From NCBI RefSeq assembly GCF_964213995.1, contig NC_135830.1, forward strand, positions 15,128,001 to 15,192,000: DNA of 64,000 bases, in the 5' to 3' direction. The notes beneath the pieces are model-generated. The model was given only the letters and a program-made list of their open reading frames with translations. It searched no databases and was not told the origin of the DNA. The DNA comes from Mustelus asterias. Taxonomy: Eukaryota. Of the stretch, positions 23,293-35,079 are shown piece after piece (position 1 is the stretch's first letter; the number at the start of each line of letters is the position of its first letter). The translations under genes and the position numbers were made by a program.

Positions 23293-23452
23293 TGACGTCA
23301 CAATGGAATGGGTGAGGGTGTGACATCACAATGGAATGGGTGAGAGTGTGACATCACAATGGAATGGGTGAGAGTGTGACGTCACAATGGAATGGGTGGG
23401 AGTGTGACGTCACAATGGAATGGGTCGGAGTGTGAGGTCACAATGGAATGGG
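23293..23452. repeat. 28-bp minisatellite, ~5.7 units, each carrying a CRE-like octamer
   Basis: Unit TGAC(G/A)TCACAATGGAATGGGTGAGAGTG; three units have a perfect TGACGTCA. Confidence 0.92.
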
Positions 23453-23454
23453 AA

Positions 23455-25565
23455 AAGATATTGACTATCTCGCTGATCTATGCCCCTCATTATTTTATAG
23501 ACCTCTATAAGGTCACTACAAAGCCTCCTACGCTCCAGAGAAAAAAGTCGCAGTCTATCCAGCCTTATAACTCAAACCATCAAGTCCCGGTAGCATCCTA
23601 GTAAATCTTTTCTGCACGTTTTCTTGTTTAATAATATCCTTTCTACAATAGGGTGACCAGAACTGGACACAGTATTCCAAGTGTGGCCTTACCAATGTCT
23701 TTTACAACTTCAACAAGACGTCCCAACTCCTGTATTCAATGTTCTGACCAATGAAACCAAGCATGCTGAATGCCTTCTTCACCATTCTGTCCACCTGTGA
23801 CTCCGTTTTCAAGGAGCTATGAACCTGTACTCCTGGATCTCTTTATTCTATAGCTCTCTTCAAGTCCCACCATTAACTGAGTAAGTCCTGCCCTGGTTCG
23901 ATCCACCAAAATGCATCACCTTGCATTTATCTAAATTTAACTCCATCTACCATTCATCAGCCCACTGGCCCAATTGACCAGGATCCTGTTGCAATCCTAG
24001 ATAACCTTCACTGTCCAATATGCCACCAATCTTGGTGTCATCTGCAAAATTAATAACAATGCCTCCTATATTCCCATCCAAATCATGAATATAAATGGCA
24101 AATAACAGAGGACCCAGCACCGATCCGTGAGGCACACTGCTGGTCACAAGCCTCCAGTTTGAAAAACAACCCTCCACAACCACCCTCTATCTTCTGTCAT
24201 CAAGCCCATTTTGTATCCATTTGGCTACCGTACCCTGGCTCCTGTGAGATTTAACCTTCTGCGACAACCTACCATGTGGTACCTTGTCAAAGGCCTTGCT
24301 AAAGTCCATGTAGACAACATCAACTGCACTGCCCTCATCTACCTTCTTGGTTACCCCTTCAAAAATATAATATCAAGGGTAAGACTCTTAGCAGTGTAGA
24401 GGATCAGAAGGACCTTGGGGTCCGGGTCCATAGGACTCTTAAATCGGCCTCGCAGGTAGAGGAGGTGGTTAAGAAGGCGTATGGTGTGCTGGCCTTCATC
24501 AATCGAGGGATTGAGTTTAGGAGTTGGGAGATAATGATGCAGCTTCATAAGACCCTCGTCAGACCCCACTTGGAGGACTGTGCTCAGTTCTGGTCACCTC
24601 ATTACAGGAGGGATGTGTAAATGATTGCAAGGGTGCAGAGAAGATTTACAAGGATGTTGCCTGGATTGGTTGGCATGCCTTATGAGGATAGGTTGAGGGA
24701 GCTCGGTCTTTTCTCCTTGGAGAGTCGAAGGATGAGAGGTGACCTGATCGAGGTGTACAAGATGTTGAGAGGTATAGATCGAGTGGATTCTCGGAGGCTT
24801 TTTCCCAGGGCTGAAATGGCTGCTATGAGAGGATACAGGTTTAAGGTCCTGGGGAGTAGCTACAGAGGAGATGTCAGGGGTAAGTTCTTCACTCAGAGGG
24901 TGATGGGTAGTGGAATCGGCTGCCGTCAGGGTGGTGGAGGCAAACTCGATAGGGTCTTTTAAGAGACTTCTGGATGAGTACATGGGACTTAATAGGATTG
25001 AGGGTTATAGGTAAGCCTATATATAAGCCTAGGTAGGTAGGGACATGACCGGCGCAACTTGTGGGCCGAAGGGCCTGTTTGTGCTGTATTTTTTTCTATG
25101 TTCTAAGTTCTAAAAAACTCAATCAAATTTGTGAGACATGATTTTCCACTCACAAAGCCATGCTGTCCCTAATCAGTCCTTGCGTCTCTAAATGCCTGTA
25201 GATCCTGTCTCTCAAAATTCCTTCAAGCAACTCAGCCACTACAGATGTGAGGCTCACCCACCGGCCTGTAGTTCCCAGGCTTTTCCCTGCAGCCCTTCTC
25301 AAACAAAGGCACAACATTTGCCACCGTCCAATCTTCAGGCACCTCACCTGTGACTATCGATGATTCAAATATCTCTGCTAGGGGACCCACAATTTCCTCC
25401 CTAGCCTCCCACAATGTCCTGGGATCCACTTCATCGGGTCCCGGGGATTTATCTACCTTGATGCACTTTAAGACTTCCAGCACCTCCTTCTCTGTTACAT
25501 GTGCACTCCTGAAGACATCACTATTTATTTCCTCAAGTTCCCTAACATCCATGCTTTTCTCAACA
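23455..25565 (-). mobile_element. CR1 LINE ORF2 fragment, split by a nested opposite-strand CR1
   Basis: KVDKSPGPDE..EVPEDW..ANVVPLF; TNLIEF|FEGVTKK; [18 protein letters not shown]. Confidence 0.88.
24365..25112 (+). mobile_element. CR1 LINE 3' fragment nested in an A-run of the older CR1
   Basis: [29 protein letters not shown]; tail ttctatgttctaagttct; A-runs on both sides. Confidence 0.88.
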
Positions 25566-25579
25566 AAGGATTCCTCAAA

Positions 25580-25975
25580 GGATTGTGAATGAAGCCCAGT
25601 CCATCACCCAAACCTGCCTCCCATCCATTGACTCTGTGTACACATCCGGGTGCCTCGGAAAAGCAGCCAGCATAATCAACCCTCGCACCCCGGACATTCA
25701 CGCTTCCACCTATTTCCTTTGGGAAATGAAACAAAAGTCTGAGCTCACGTACCAACCAACTCAAGAACAGCTTCTTCCCTGTTGCCATCAGACTTTTGAA
25801 TGGACCTACCCCGCACTAAGTTGATCTTTCTGTCCACCTTAGCTATGACTGTAACACTACATCCTGCACTCTCTCCTTTCCTTCTCTATGAACTGTATGC
25901 CTTGTCTTGATAGTGTGCAAGAAACAATTCTTTTCACTGTATACTAGTACATGTGACAATAATAAATCAAATCAA
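25580..25975 (+). mobile_element. Rex1-type LINE 3' end
   Basis: Homologous to 17700-18050; tail aataaatcaaatcaa. Confidence 0.8.
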
Positions 25976-26225
25976 GTGCATCCTCTGATCTTGTGGGAGT
26001 TTGGGGAAGAAATTGCAGAGGCTCTTGCAGAAATATTTGCTTCATCCCTTTCCACTGGTGAAGTTCTGGAAGACTAGAGTGTGGCTAATGTTATTCCATT
26101 GTTGGAGAAGGGTTGCAAAGAGAAGCCTGGTAATTACAGGCCGGTGAACCTGACAACAGTGGCGGGTAAGTTACTGGAGAGGATTTGGCCAACCTTTGGG
26201 TAATCAAGGTCTGGTTAGGGAGAGT
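25976..26225 (+). mobile_element. CR1 fragment
   Basis: EEIAEALAEIFASSLSTGEVLED*..ANVIPL..KPGNYRPVNLT. Confidence 0.75.
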
Positions 26226-26839
26226 TGTCAGAGATCCTGGGTACCAGCAACTTTAAGCATTCTTAGTCAACTTGAGTACAAACAGCACTGGACACCAGGC
26301 ATAATCCAATGTGGGCCCTTTAATAACTTGTGCACAAGGAGAAACCCTGTGCAGCTGTCCCGCAAGTGGTTCTGATGTTACAGAAAAATAACTTGGCAAT
26401 AATAGTCAATTACAGCAAATCAGAAACCAGGAATGTTTCTAATCCTTCATTGACGGACATATTCGCCAATTAAATCCTAGCTTTTCGCCCTTTCGCGTTC
26501 AAAATTGACTTCTGCTAATCTTTTATTTGCATAGCATATCCCCATATCTCGCCTTTGGTATTTGTTATGGAGAAATCTGGTCTTGCTCACCCTCTGGTGA
26601 AGGCCGAAAAGCAGAATGTTCTGGGGCCTACGTAGGTGAAGATTAGCCTGTTCATGCTGAAATAGCAGACACTGACTCCTTTGAAGGTCTGCAAGCCGAT
26701 AAACATTTTCACTCGCTGTTAAAGAGAAGGCAGGAAACTTTAATCTGAGCATTTCCACATAGTCAGCACTGCTTCGTGCATGTGTTAGAGTGGGCCAAGG
26801 CTGAGGCAGCTGTCGTATATATATTTATAGAGTGAGAAT

Positions 26840-27010
26840 AGACTAACATTTCGAGTCTGGATGACCCTTTGTCAGAACTCTGATGAAGGGTCATCCAGAC
26901 TTTAAACGTTGGCTCTATTCTCTCTCCACAGATGCTGTCAGACCTGCTGACATTTTCCAGCATTTTCTGTTTTTGTTTCAGATTCCAGCATCCGCAATAT
27001 TTTGCTTTTA
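26840..27010. mobile_element. Penelope-associated palindromic element with two degenerate hammerhead-like cores
   Basis: aacatttcgagtctggatgacccttt gtcagaactc tgatgaagggtcatccagactttaaacgtt forms an inverted repeat. Related copies near 47400-47550, 49760-49845 and 57830-57930. Confidence 0.55.
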
Positions 27011-28063
27011 TATATATTTATATATCCAAATGTGCTATGTTAACAAAATGGGCAGTTACTAACCGAAATATAAAGCATCATGTGATTTAGCTGACTTGAC
27101 CATATTCCTATAGTTATTCAGTCATTAAAGACACAGTCATGGAGCATTAAACTTGCCTCGCAGGGCCCCTCGTATCAACACACAGGCAGCTGCTTTGTGA
27201 GACTGTGAGCAGCACAGACAAGTCAGAGATAAGAGTGTCCTGAGAAGAGAGATTCATTGTGAAGGCTCAGGGACAGTTGATAAGATGTATTAATTCTATG
27301 ATTCTCATGAACATTTTTTCCCCTCTCATTCCCAAAAGCTGTAAATCTCCATCCCACACACTCTCCCTCCATTCTCACTCTGCTGTATCTAATATTCACC
27401 CTCCCAATTCTCCTGAAGGTGCTGATTGAGGCTGATTGACAGATCCATGCTCACTGCTTCCTGTCCACGACTCAGAAATCATAATAGGAGCTGCAGTTGG
27501 CCATTCAGCCCATTGAACTGCCTCAACCATTCATTGAGAATTGGCTGATCTACCGCAGCATCATTTCCCACGCTATCCACCAGATAGAGAGAGAATAGAG
27601 CCAATGTTCTGAGTCTGGAGAGAGGAAAGAATGTTCCATAGAAACTAGAATTGTGTGTTCTGAATTTCTATCCTGCACTGACACTGATGACTTCTGTAAA
27701 CTTGTTTTACAGGATATTGAAAGAGGAATCACAGGCTGAAATCTCAAACGTCACATCTAGATCTGACAGAGTCATATTCCTTGGGACCTGAATATCATCG
27801 GCCTTTGTATCTTGAAGGAGAAATTGTTGTCTGGTCTGTCAGTTTGAAAAGATTTCAAACATTAGTGTGACTGGAAAAGCACCAACACACGGCCACACTC
27901 GAGTGAGAGTCTTCCAGTTCACAGACTCAAGAGCTTTAACCAGTTACATAGCCTGAATAAATATCACACCATTCACAGCGGGGAGAGACTGGACACGTGT
28001 TCTGTGTGTGGACGAGGCTTCAACTGATTGTCCACCCAAGAGAGAGGCAAGGACACCTGCACC

Positions 28064-28570
28064 ATGGAGAAACCATGGAAATGTGCGGACTGTGGGAAGG
28101 GATACGGAGCCCCTTCAGAGCTGGAAGTTCATCGGCGCAGCCACACTGGGGAGAAGCCATTCACCTGCTCTCAGTGTGAGAAGGGATTCAGTCAGTTATC
28201 CAACCTGCAGAGACACCAGCGAGTTCACACTGGGGAGAGACTGTTCACCTGCTCTCAGTGTGGGAAGGGATTCACTAATTTATCCACCCTGCGTAGACAC
28301 CAGCGAGTTCACACTGGGGAGAGGCCGTTCACCTGCTCTCAGTGTGGGAAGGGGTTCAGTCAATTATCTGACCTGCAGATACACCAGCGAGTTCACACTG
28401 GGGAGAGGCCGTTCACCTGCTCTCAGTGTGGGAAGGGATTCAAAGTTTCATCCCGGCTGCTGAGACACCAGCGAGTTCACACTGGGGAGAGACCGTTCTC
28501 CTGCTCTGTGTGTGAGAAGATATTCAGTCTTTTATCCCAGCTGCTGAGACACCAAAAAGTTCACGAGTGA
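28064..28570 (+). CDS. Tandem C2H2 zinc-finger protein ZF-4 (B-type), 6 fingers
   Basis: ATG in CACCATGG at 28064; 6 fingers; acceptor ttttacag|GATATT at ~27712. Confidence 0.88.
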   Translation: MEKPWKCADCGKGYGAPSELEVHRRSHTGEKPFTCSQCEKGFSQLSNLQRHQRVHTGERLFTCSQCGKGFTNLSTLRRHQRVHTGERPFTCSQCGKGFSQLSDLQIHQRVHTGERPFTCSQCGKGFKVSSRLLRHQRVHTGERPFSCSVCEKIFSLLSQLLRHQKVHE

Positions 28571-28824
28571 TTCCAGGGGTTGGATTCTGCTGTTATTGTT
28601 TCTGCTCTCAATTACATCCAGGACTGCATTTTGTTCATTCTCACAGTTGGTCAATGGGGAGGGTCAGAGGGTTTCTTTCTGCTGGACTGGCCGGTCTCAT
28701 GACTTTGTCTCCAGTGGGCTGATGCTCTTTGAGTCTTGTTGCGAATACCTGGTTTCAGATTTCACACGGATCACAGAGTGACAGGGTGTTAGGAAGTTCA
28801 GAGTCACTATTTCTGTTTGAAACC

Positions 28825-29110
28825 TCCCAATGCCCATCCAATTTCCTTTGTAATTGTTTATTGTCTCCACTTCCTCCACCCTCGTAGGCAGCGAGTTCCA
28901 GGTCATTACCATTCGCTGCATCAAAATATTCTTCCTCACATCCCTCCTGCATCTCTGACCCAAAACCATAAATCTGTGTCCCCCTCGTCCTTGTCCGTCA
29001 GCTAATGGGAACAGCTTTTCTTTGTCCACCTTATCTAAACCTGTCAGAATCTTGTCCACCTCTATCAAATCTCCCCTCAACCTCCTTTTCTCCAAGAGGA
29101 ACAACCCCCA
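28825..29110 (-). mobile_element. CR1 3' fragment, duplicated with the B-type gene 3' flank (paralog at 60330-60620)
   Basis: GLFLLEKRRLRGDLIEVDKILTGLDKVDKEKLFP. Confidence 0.8.
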
Positions 29111-29879
29111 GCCTGACATTGACAATAAAGAACAAACTAACAGAATATGTTAATACCTGAAATCAAATGGGAATGTTTAATTTCTGTTTTAAAGAAATCA
29201 TGAATATATTGTCCCGTACAATAAAGGGATTTGAATAACTCAGCTTGGGTGCAGTTGAATGAAATGTATCAATCTCGTATCCACCCACAGTCTAGAGGAA
29301 GTGTGGAATGTGTAGCTGGAAATCCCTCCCTAACAGTACTGTGGGTGTACTTACACCTCAGGCATTGTAGCAGTTCAGGAAGGCAGTGTTGGTGCTGATC
29401 GTGGCCGAGGCAGCTACAGACAGCCACATATTCTGTTATAACTGAAGGACTGCAGATTAAATGCGAGGCATTGTGGGACATGACTATCTTGACCACATTC
29501 CTGTGACTGCTCAGTTTCTGCAATCATGAACCATTAAAGCTGCTTAGCAGGGCTCTGAAAGAGGACCTGGTGAGAATATTTACTCATAATGAGTTAGAAT
29601 TAAACTTATCCCAGGACCGGCTGGTGTTCAGTGGCTGAGATTCCTGAATGTGTAAAAAGGGGGTCTGATCAATCAACAAACAGTGGTAGGTAGTTAGTTA
29701 AGAAGCGTTCTCATGCATTATTTGAATTATTTTATCATAAATTTGTGATCAGAACTGTGAGGGACTTGTAACCCAATAGTTGTTGAATTGACGGTAAACT
29801 CCAAGTAGCACTGGACTGAAAAGGGGGTCTGACCAAGAAGTGAAGTGATCTCAAGGCATTGTTTAAATTACATCATCAT

Positions 29880-30300
29880 TGGCCAACTTCCCCTTTGTGA
29901 CGTCACAGTGGAGCCATCCTTGAATCAGCCAATGGGAATCACTGTGCTCCGCGGTGACGTCTCCGGGTTCCAGTGAGCAGGCCCGGGCGCGCGGACCCGG
30001 GAGCCCCGCCCCCACCCATTGTTCCCCTCCCCCTACACCACATCGAGCCACGGTTTCCAGGCAACCGGCTGGCGGCTCCGGCCAGAGCGAGAAGCCGCTC
30101 GGTGAGCTCCCCCTCCCCCCGGCCCGGGACTGCGCAGGTCCAAGGGAGGGGGAAGCTGTGAATTGCAGGGCAGATCCTGCCCCCTGACCTTCTGAGGTGT
30201 TGATTAATAGGAAGAGTTGGAGGACCGGAAGGACTCTGGTTCTCCAGCTGATCAGAGCGCGGGCTTTGCGTGAATGAAGATTGAGCTTCAGACAGACTGA
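29880..30300. promoter_or_regulatory. CpG island with CRE and CCAAT sites
   Basis: GTGACGTCAC at ~29897, gccaat, gtgacgtc, GC boxes and actgcgca. Confidence 0.5.
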
Positions 30301-30332
30301 AACTTCCTCCTGTCTCCAACATCAGAGAGGTT

Positions 30333-30405
30333 GTTTCTGTAGTGAAGTGGTTGTCACGTTTGCCTGACACGCAAAAGGTCCCCGGGTCAGAACCGGGCAG
30401 GAATG
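30333..30405 (+). pseudogene. tRNA-Val pseudogene, anticodon GAC
   Basis: GTTTCTGTAGTGAAGTGGTTGTCACGTTTGCCTGACACGCAAAAGGTCCCCGGGTCAGAACCGGGCAGGAATG aligns over its full length with vertebrate tRNA-Val. The stems still pair, but the T-loop/B-box reads GTCAGAA. Confidence 0.85.
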
Positions 30406-30409
30406 TTAA

Positions 30410-31212
30410 TTTGTTAATTCCAGCATCTGAAAGTGGGAAGGGGGAGGAAGGTGAGCTGTTGCCTGCCTGCCTGCCTGTCGTCTGGCCTGGCTGTCTTCCG
30501 TCCGTCCGCCCACTGGAGGGTGCTCTCTCCCTGGAGGGAGAGAGGACACGGAGTGACTTTCTTTCTTTTTTCTTTCCATCTCTGGGAGGGAGGACTGCAC
30601 GTTTCAACATCGAGGGACTGAGTGGTTGGGCTGGTGCCCTCATCATCAGAAGGTCGGTGCCTGAAAGGGATGGGGGGGTGAAGTAAATTCAGACTGTTTT
30701 TTCCATCGGCGGGCGGGCGGGCGAAGACACCCCGGACTTGAACTGTTTGCGCCCAAAAGGGCTGGAGGAGTAAAGTCCCCCACCCACTGCTGCTGCCCCC
30801 AACACCGGCACCCCCTCCCCTCTTTCCCCCTGACTGGGGCACCGGCCCCCCTCCGTGCCTTGTCCCTCGTCCTCCCTCCTGCTCCTCCGACCTCCTCTCT
30901 CGCTCCGGGGAGAGAGCACCTAGATCCCCATCCACCTACCCTACCCTCCCTTATTTTTCCCTCCTCTTATACGCCCTGCCGTGGCAGAGCCTTCTCGGCC
31001 CACCTATGCGGGCGTGGCGGCTGCCAGAGCCCCCGCCGCTCCCAAGGCCCTGCCACCTTTTTCGTTGCTCACGCGGCAGCTCGGGGTTAAGTGCTACGCC
31101 CACCCCGACATGTCCATCGAGGCCTGTGTCAAGGCAATGGCTGGGGTTGTCGGCCCCTCAGCCATTGTCGCGGCCTCTAAGATGTCCGGCCGGGCCGTAT
31201 TCTTTTTGAAGG
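30410..31212 (+). mobile_element. Tx1-clade (L1 superfamily) LINE 5' end: probable 5' UTR and ORF1 N-terminus, truncated at 3'; 5' boundary uncertain
   Basis: 30981-31212 encodes LLTRQLGVKC..MSIEACVKAMAGVVGPSAIVAASKMSGRAVFFLK, matching the Tx1 ORF1 N-terminal pattern (LTRRHGVK..SVEEC..AVG..I.SASRMN.AVV.FL). Confidence 0.7.
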
Positions 31213-31941
31213 CCACCCACCCGCCACATTTATCATTCCCCGCGCGCCGCCCTCTACCTTGTATTGATCTCGCTTCCAAGTTGAAACCGTCCGTCCGCCG
31301 CCGCCATTACCCGCACTGCGCATGCTTCAGGTCCCGCCCCTCATTCACTCCGATTGGTTGGAGGACCAGCCGCTCCCGCTCGGTCCTCCAGCCCCGCCCC
31401 CTCTTCCTATTGGTCCGGAGCTGGCGTCAATCAGCTCCCGGGCATTGTGATGTGGAGCATGCGCAGTGTCATTGCTGTCCTTGGCGCTTGTTTGTCCCGG
31501 AGAAGCGGAGTCAGCGTTAGGCGGTGGCTGGGAGGATTTGGAAACACTTTGTGGATCCGCAAACCCTTCAGAATCATTGTCAGCTCCCTGGTTTGCAGCT
31601 GCGGGGCTTCTCCCTCCCTCCCTCCCGGGAACAGGCCCAGGTTAACGGCCCCATCCTGGCTCAGCCACTGGAGGATGGTTCACATCAGAGGATGGGGGAG
31701 GAGGACAATAAATAAGAGGTTACACTTTGGCCTCAAATCAATGAGGGTTCTGATCTCTGGGAAGGAAGGAAACCCTGGGAGGTGGGCGGGGAGGATTCAC
31801 AAACACCCGCTGGAGGTCCCAACACCCCCAGTAAGACCCATTGGTTTTATTGTCAGTCTGCAGACAGGAGCTGGAGAACTGAACCCAGACAGAGGAGAGG
31901 GAGGGAGAAAACTGGGAGTGGAGGAAAGAAATGGTAGAGAT

Positions 31942-32522
31942 AGAACATAGAACATAGAACATAGAACACTACAGCGCAGAACAGGCCCTTCGGCCCACGA
32001 TGTTGCACCGACCAGTTAAAAAAAAAACTGTGACCCTCCAACCTAAACCAATTTCTTTTCGTCCATGAACCTATCCACGGATCTCTTAAACGCCCCCAAA
32101 CTAGGCGCATTTACTACTGATGCCGGCAGGGCATTCCAATCCCTCACCACCCTCTGGGTAAAGAACCTACCCCTGACATCGGTTCTATAACTACCCCCCC
32201 TCAATTTAAAGCCATGCCCCCTCGTGCTGGATTTCTCCATCAGAGGAAAAAGGCTATCACTATCCACCCTATCTAAACCTCTAATCATCTTATATGTTTC
32301 AATAAGATCCCCTCTTAGCCGCCGCCTTTCCAGCGAAAACAATCCCAAATCCCTCAGCCTCTCCTCATAGGATCTCCCCTCCATACCAGGCAACATCCTG
32401 GTAAACCTCCTCTGCACCCTCTCCAAAGCCTCCACATCCTTCCTGTAATGTGGGGACCAGAACTGCACACAGTACTCCAAGTGCGGCCGCACCAGAGTTG
32501 TGTACAGTTGCAACATAACGCT
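31942..32522 (-). mobile_element. Young 5'-truncated CR1 inserted in the ZF-5 intron
   Basis: Open ORF2 C-terminus (157 aa, [20 protein letters not shown]) and a (TTCTATG)n tail. Absent from copies A and C. Confidence 0.93.
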
Positions 32523-33044
32523 ATGGGTTTGGATTTCAGCCCAGGGAAGAGGGAGAGTGTGTGGGACGGAGATTTACAGATTTGGGGGAACAAGAGAGGA
32601 AAAAATGTTCCAGACGAACTAGAATTGTCTGTTCAGAGTTTGTATCGTGTTCTGACAGTGATGACTTTTCTAAACTGTTTTTACAGGATATTGGAAGTGA
32701 AAGAACGGCAGACAGAAAACTCAAACCGGACATCACATCTGACAAAGTCATTCAGTTCCTTCGGAGCTGAATATCATTGGTCTTTGAATATAGAAAGAGA
32801 AATATTTGTCTGTTCTGCCTGTGGGCAAAGAAATTAAACATCACTGTGACTGGAAAAGCATCGAGACAAACACACACCCGAGTGAGAGTGTTCCAGTGAA
32901 CTGAATGTGGAAAGAGCTTTAACCAGTTACACAGCCTGAAAAAACATCACAGTTCACAGCAGGGTGAAACTACGTGTATGTTGTGTGTGTGGATGAGGCT
33001 TGAACTGATCATCCAACCTGGAGAAACACAAGGACACCCGCACC

Positions 33045-34025
33045 ATGGAGAAACCGTGGAAATGTGTGGATTGTGGGAAGGGATTCGGTTTCCCATCACA
33101 ACTGGAAGTTCATCGGCGCAGTCACACTGGGGAGAGACCGTTCACCTGCTCCGTCTGTGGGAAGGGATTCACCCATTCATACAACCTTCTGACTCACCAA
33201 CGGGTTCACACTGGGGAGAGGCCGTTCACCTGCCCTGTGTGTGGGAAGGGATTCACTCGCTCATCCCACATTGTGACACACCAACTTGTTCACACTGATG
33301 AGAGAATGTTTACATGTTCTGACTGTGAGAAGAGTTTTAAATGCAAAAAGGATCTGCTGACACACCAACGAATTCACACTGGGGAGAGACCGTTCACCTG
33401 CTCTGTGTGTGGGAAAGGATTCATTCAGTCATCCCACTTGCAGACACATCAACTTGTTCACTCTGATAACAAACTTTTTAATTGTTCCCACTGTGCGAAG
33501 AGCTTTAAAAATAAAAAGGATCTGCTCACGCACCAATATGCTCACACTGGGGAGAGGCCATTCACCTGCTGTGTGTGTGGGAAGGGATTCAGCCGTCCAT
33601 CTGCCCTATTGAACCACCAGAGAATTCACACTGGGGAGAGGCCCTTCACCTGCTCAGACTGTGGGAAGGGATTCACTCGTTCATCCAACTTATTGAATCA
33701 CCAGCGAGTTCACACTGGGGAGAGGCCGTTCACCTGCTCTGTGTGTGGGAAGGGATTCAGTCAGTCATCCAACCTGCTGACACACCAGAAAGTTCACAGT
33801 GCGGAAAGGCCACTTACCTGCTCTGTCTGTGGGAAGGGATTTTCTCATTTATCTTATCTTCTGAAACACCAGCGAGTTCACACTGGGGAGAGGCCGTTCA
33901 CCTGTAATGTCTGTGGAAAGGGATTTATTCAGTCATCCCACCTGCTAACACACCAGCGAGTTCACAAACGACTGCAAGGTTTGGATTCTACTCTTAATGA
34001 TGCTGTTAATCATATCCAGGACTGA
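33045..34025 (+). CDS. Tandem C2H2 zinc-finger protein ZF-5 (A-type), 11 fingers
   Basis: MEKPWKC start; 11 fingers; same tail as ZF-3 and ZF-8. Confidence 0.9.
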   Translation: MEKPWKCVDCGKGFGFPSQLEVHRRSHTGERPFTCSVCGKGFTHSYNLLTHQRVHTGERPFTCPVCGKGFTRSSHIVTHQLVHTDERMFTCSDCEKSFKCKKDLLTHQRIHTGERPFTCSVCGKGFIQSSHLQTHQLVHSDNKLFNCSHCAKSFKNKKDLLTHQYAHTGERPFTCCVCGKGFSRPSALLNHQRIHTGERPFTCSDCGKGFTRSSNLLNHQRVHTGERPFTCSVCGKGFSQSSNLLTHQKVHSAERPLTCSVCGKGFSHLSYLLKHQRVHTGERPFTCNVCGKGFIQSSHLLTHQRVHKRLQGLDSTLNDAVNHIQD

Positions 34026-35079
34026 ATCGTGTTCACTCTGACAGTCTTCATCCGTTGAGGTTTAATATTCTGAATAAATATGAAATAGACCAGCTTTGTT
34101 TTTTAAAATTGTTGTAGATTTTTGTCTTTCCCACCTGACTGTTTAACATCACCAGGCTGGAGCTCAGAAAAGACAATCGGGGGTGGATCATATGGCAAAC
34201 AGGACGCAGTCCTTCAGGGTCACAGAGGGACAAACAGCACTTTGCTCTTCCTCGTCTCTCTTCACGACAGCAAAGTACCCGTGTGGTTTAATCCTGAGAT
34301 GTGCAAGAATCTCAGTCACTCCCTTCTATGTTTCAGCGCTCCTAGACCAGGAACAGAAGTTCCTTTACAACTGTGTTTAGAGTCAGGAAGAACAACAGTG
34401 AATGCTGGAAGCATGCTGCTAAATCAGAGATTGGTGCAAAACTGGGATCTGTTCCTGACTGAGAGTGAAATGGCAGGATTAGATTTCCAGACTGAAAATG
34501 CAGAAAAGTCTAAAATATTTTAATGTGTTTGTGTGTCAGTGCCAGTTTATTGAACAGAAACCAGCTCAAAATAAATTGGTTAAAGTCTGCATTAAAGTAG
34601 CAGCTGGAGAGTTCAAAGGAACCTGTTATCTGCTGGGACAATTAGACAACAATTTGATTCCCACTGAGACCCACAGTGAATGAGGCTCCCGCGGGCCTCA
34701 TACAAAAAGTGACGCAGACGTTTCAGGGTCAGAGAAAAAGAGTCGGATCTCAACGAAAATGCGCAGGAAATGAAGGCCACAATACAGCCCCAGCTGAATA
34801 ATATTCCCCCACTGAGCTCAGCCATTGTCAGTGTTGTGAAATGTCACATTTGCCATCCTATTATTCCCGGATCAAATCCAACCATTCTCCGATCCCATCC
34901 GCACAAAATCTGCAGATTACCCCGGGTGAATAACTTCCTTAATCTGTACTTAGAAAAATTCTGGATTCGGTGCCTATCTGCCCGGCGACACATTTTAAAA
35001 GTGATCTATTATCAAATGCAGCCTCAGAATTGTTCCATTTTCAAGTCCGTGGAGCAGAAATAATAACTGATTGAAATCA

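Larger units (their letters stand above)
20661..23452 (-). repeat. Segmental duplication copy A (promoter, exon 1, intron, ZF-3, 3' flank)
   Basis: Near-identical, in reverse complement, to 31213-34662 and 51027-54404. Confidence 0.9.
31213..34662 (+). repeat. Segmental duplication copy B
   Basis: Near-identical to copy C 51361-54404, apart from a CR1 insertion and finger number. Confidence 0.9.

Noticed and set aside
23293-23452. CRISPR-like array, or RSS heptamers (CACAATG) in the minisatellite
   Set aside because: No unique spacers, eukaryotic context, and no nonamer at 12/23 spacing.
32790-33044. Selenocysteine/readthrough of recurrent TGA codons in the upstream dead fingers
   Set aside because: The region also has frameshifts, and paralogs have TAA at equivalent sites.
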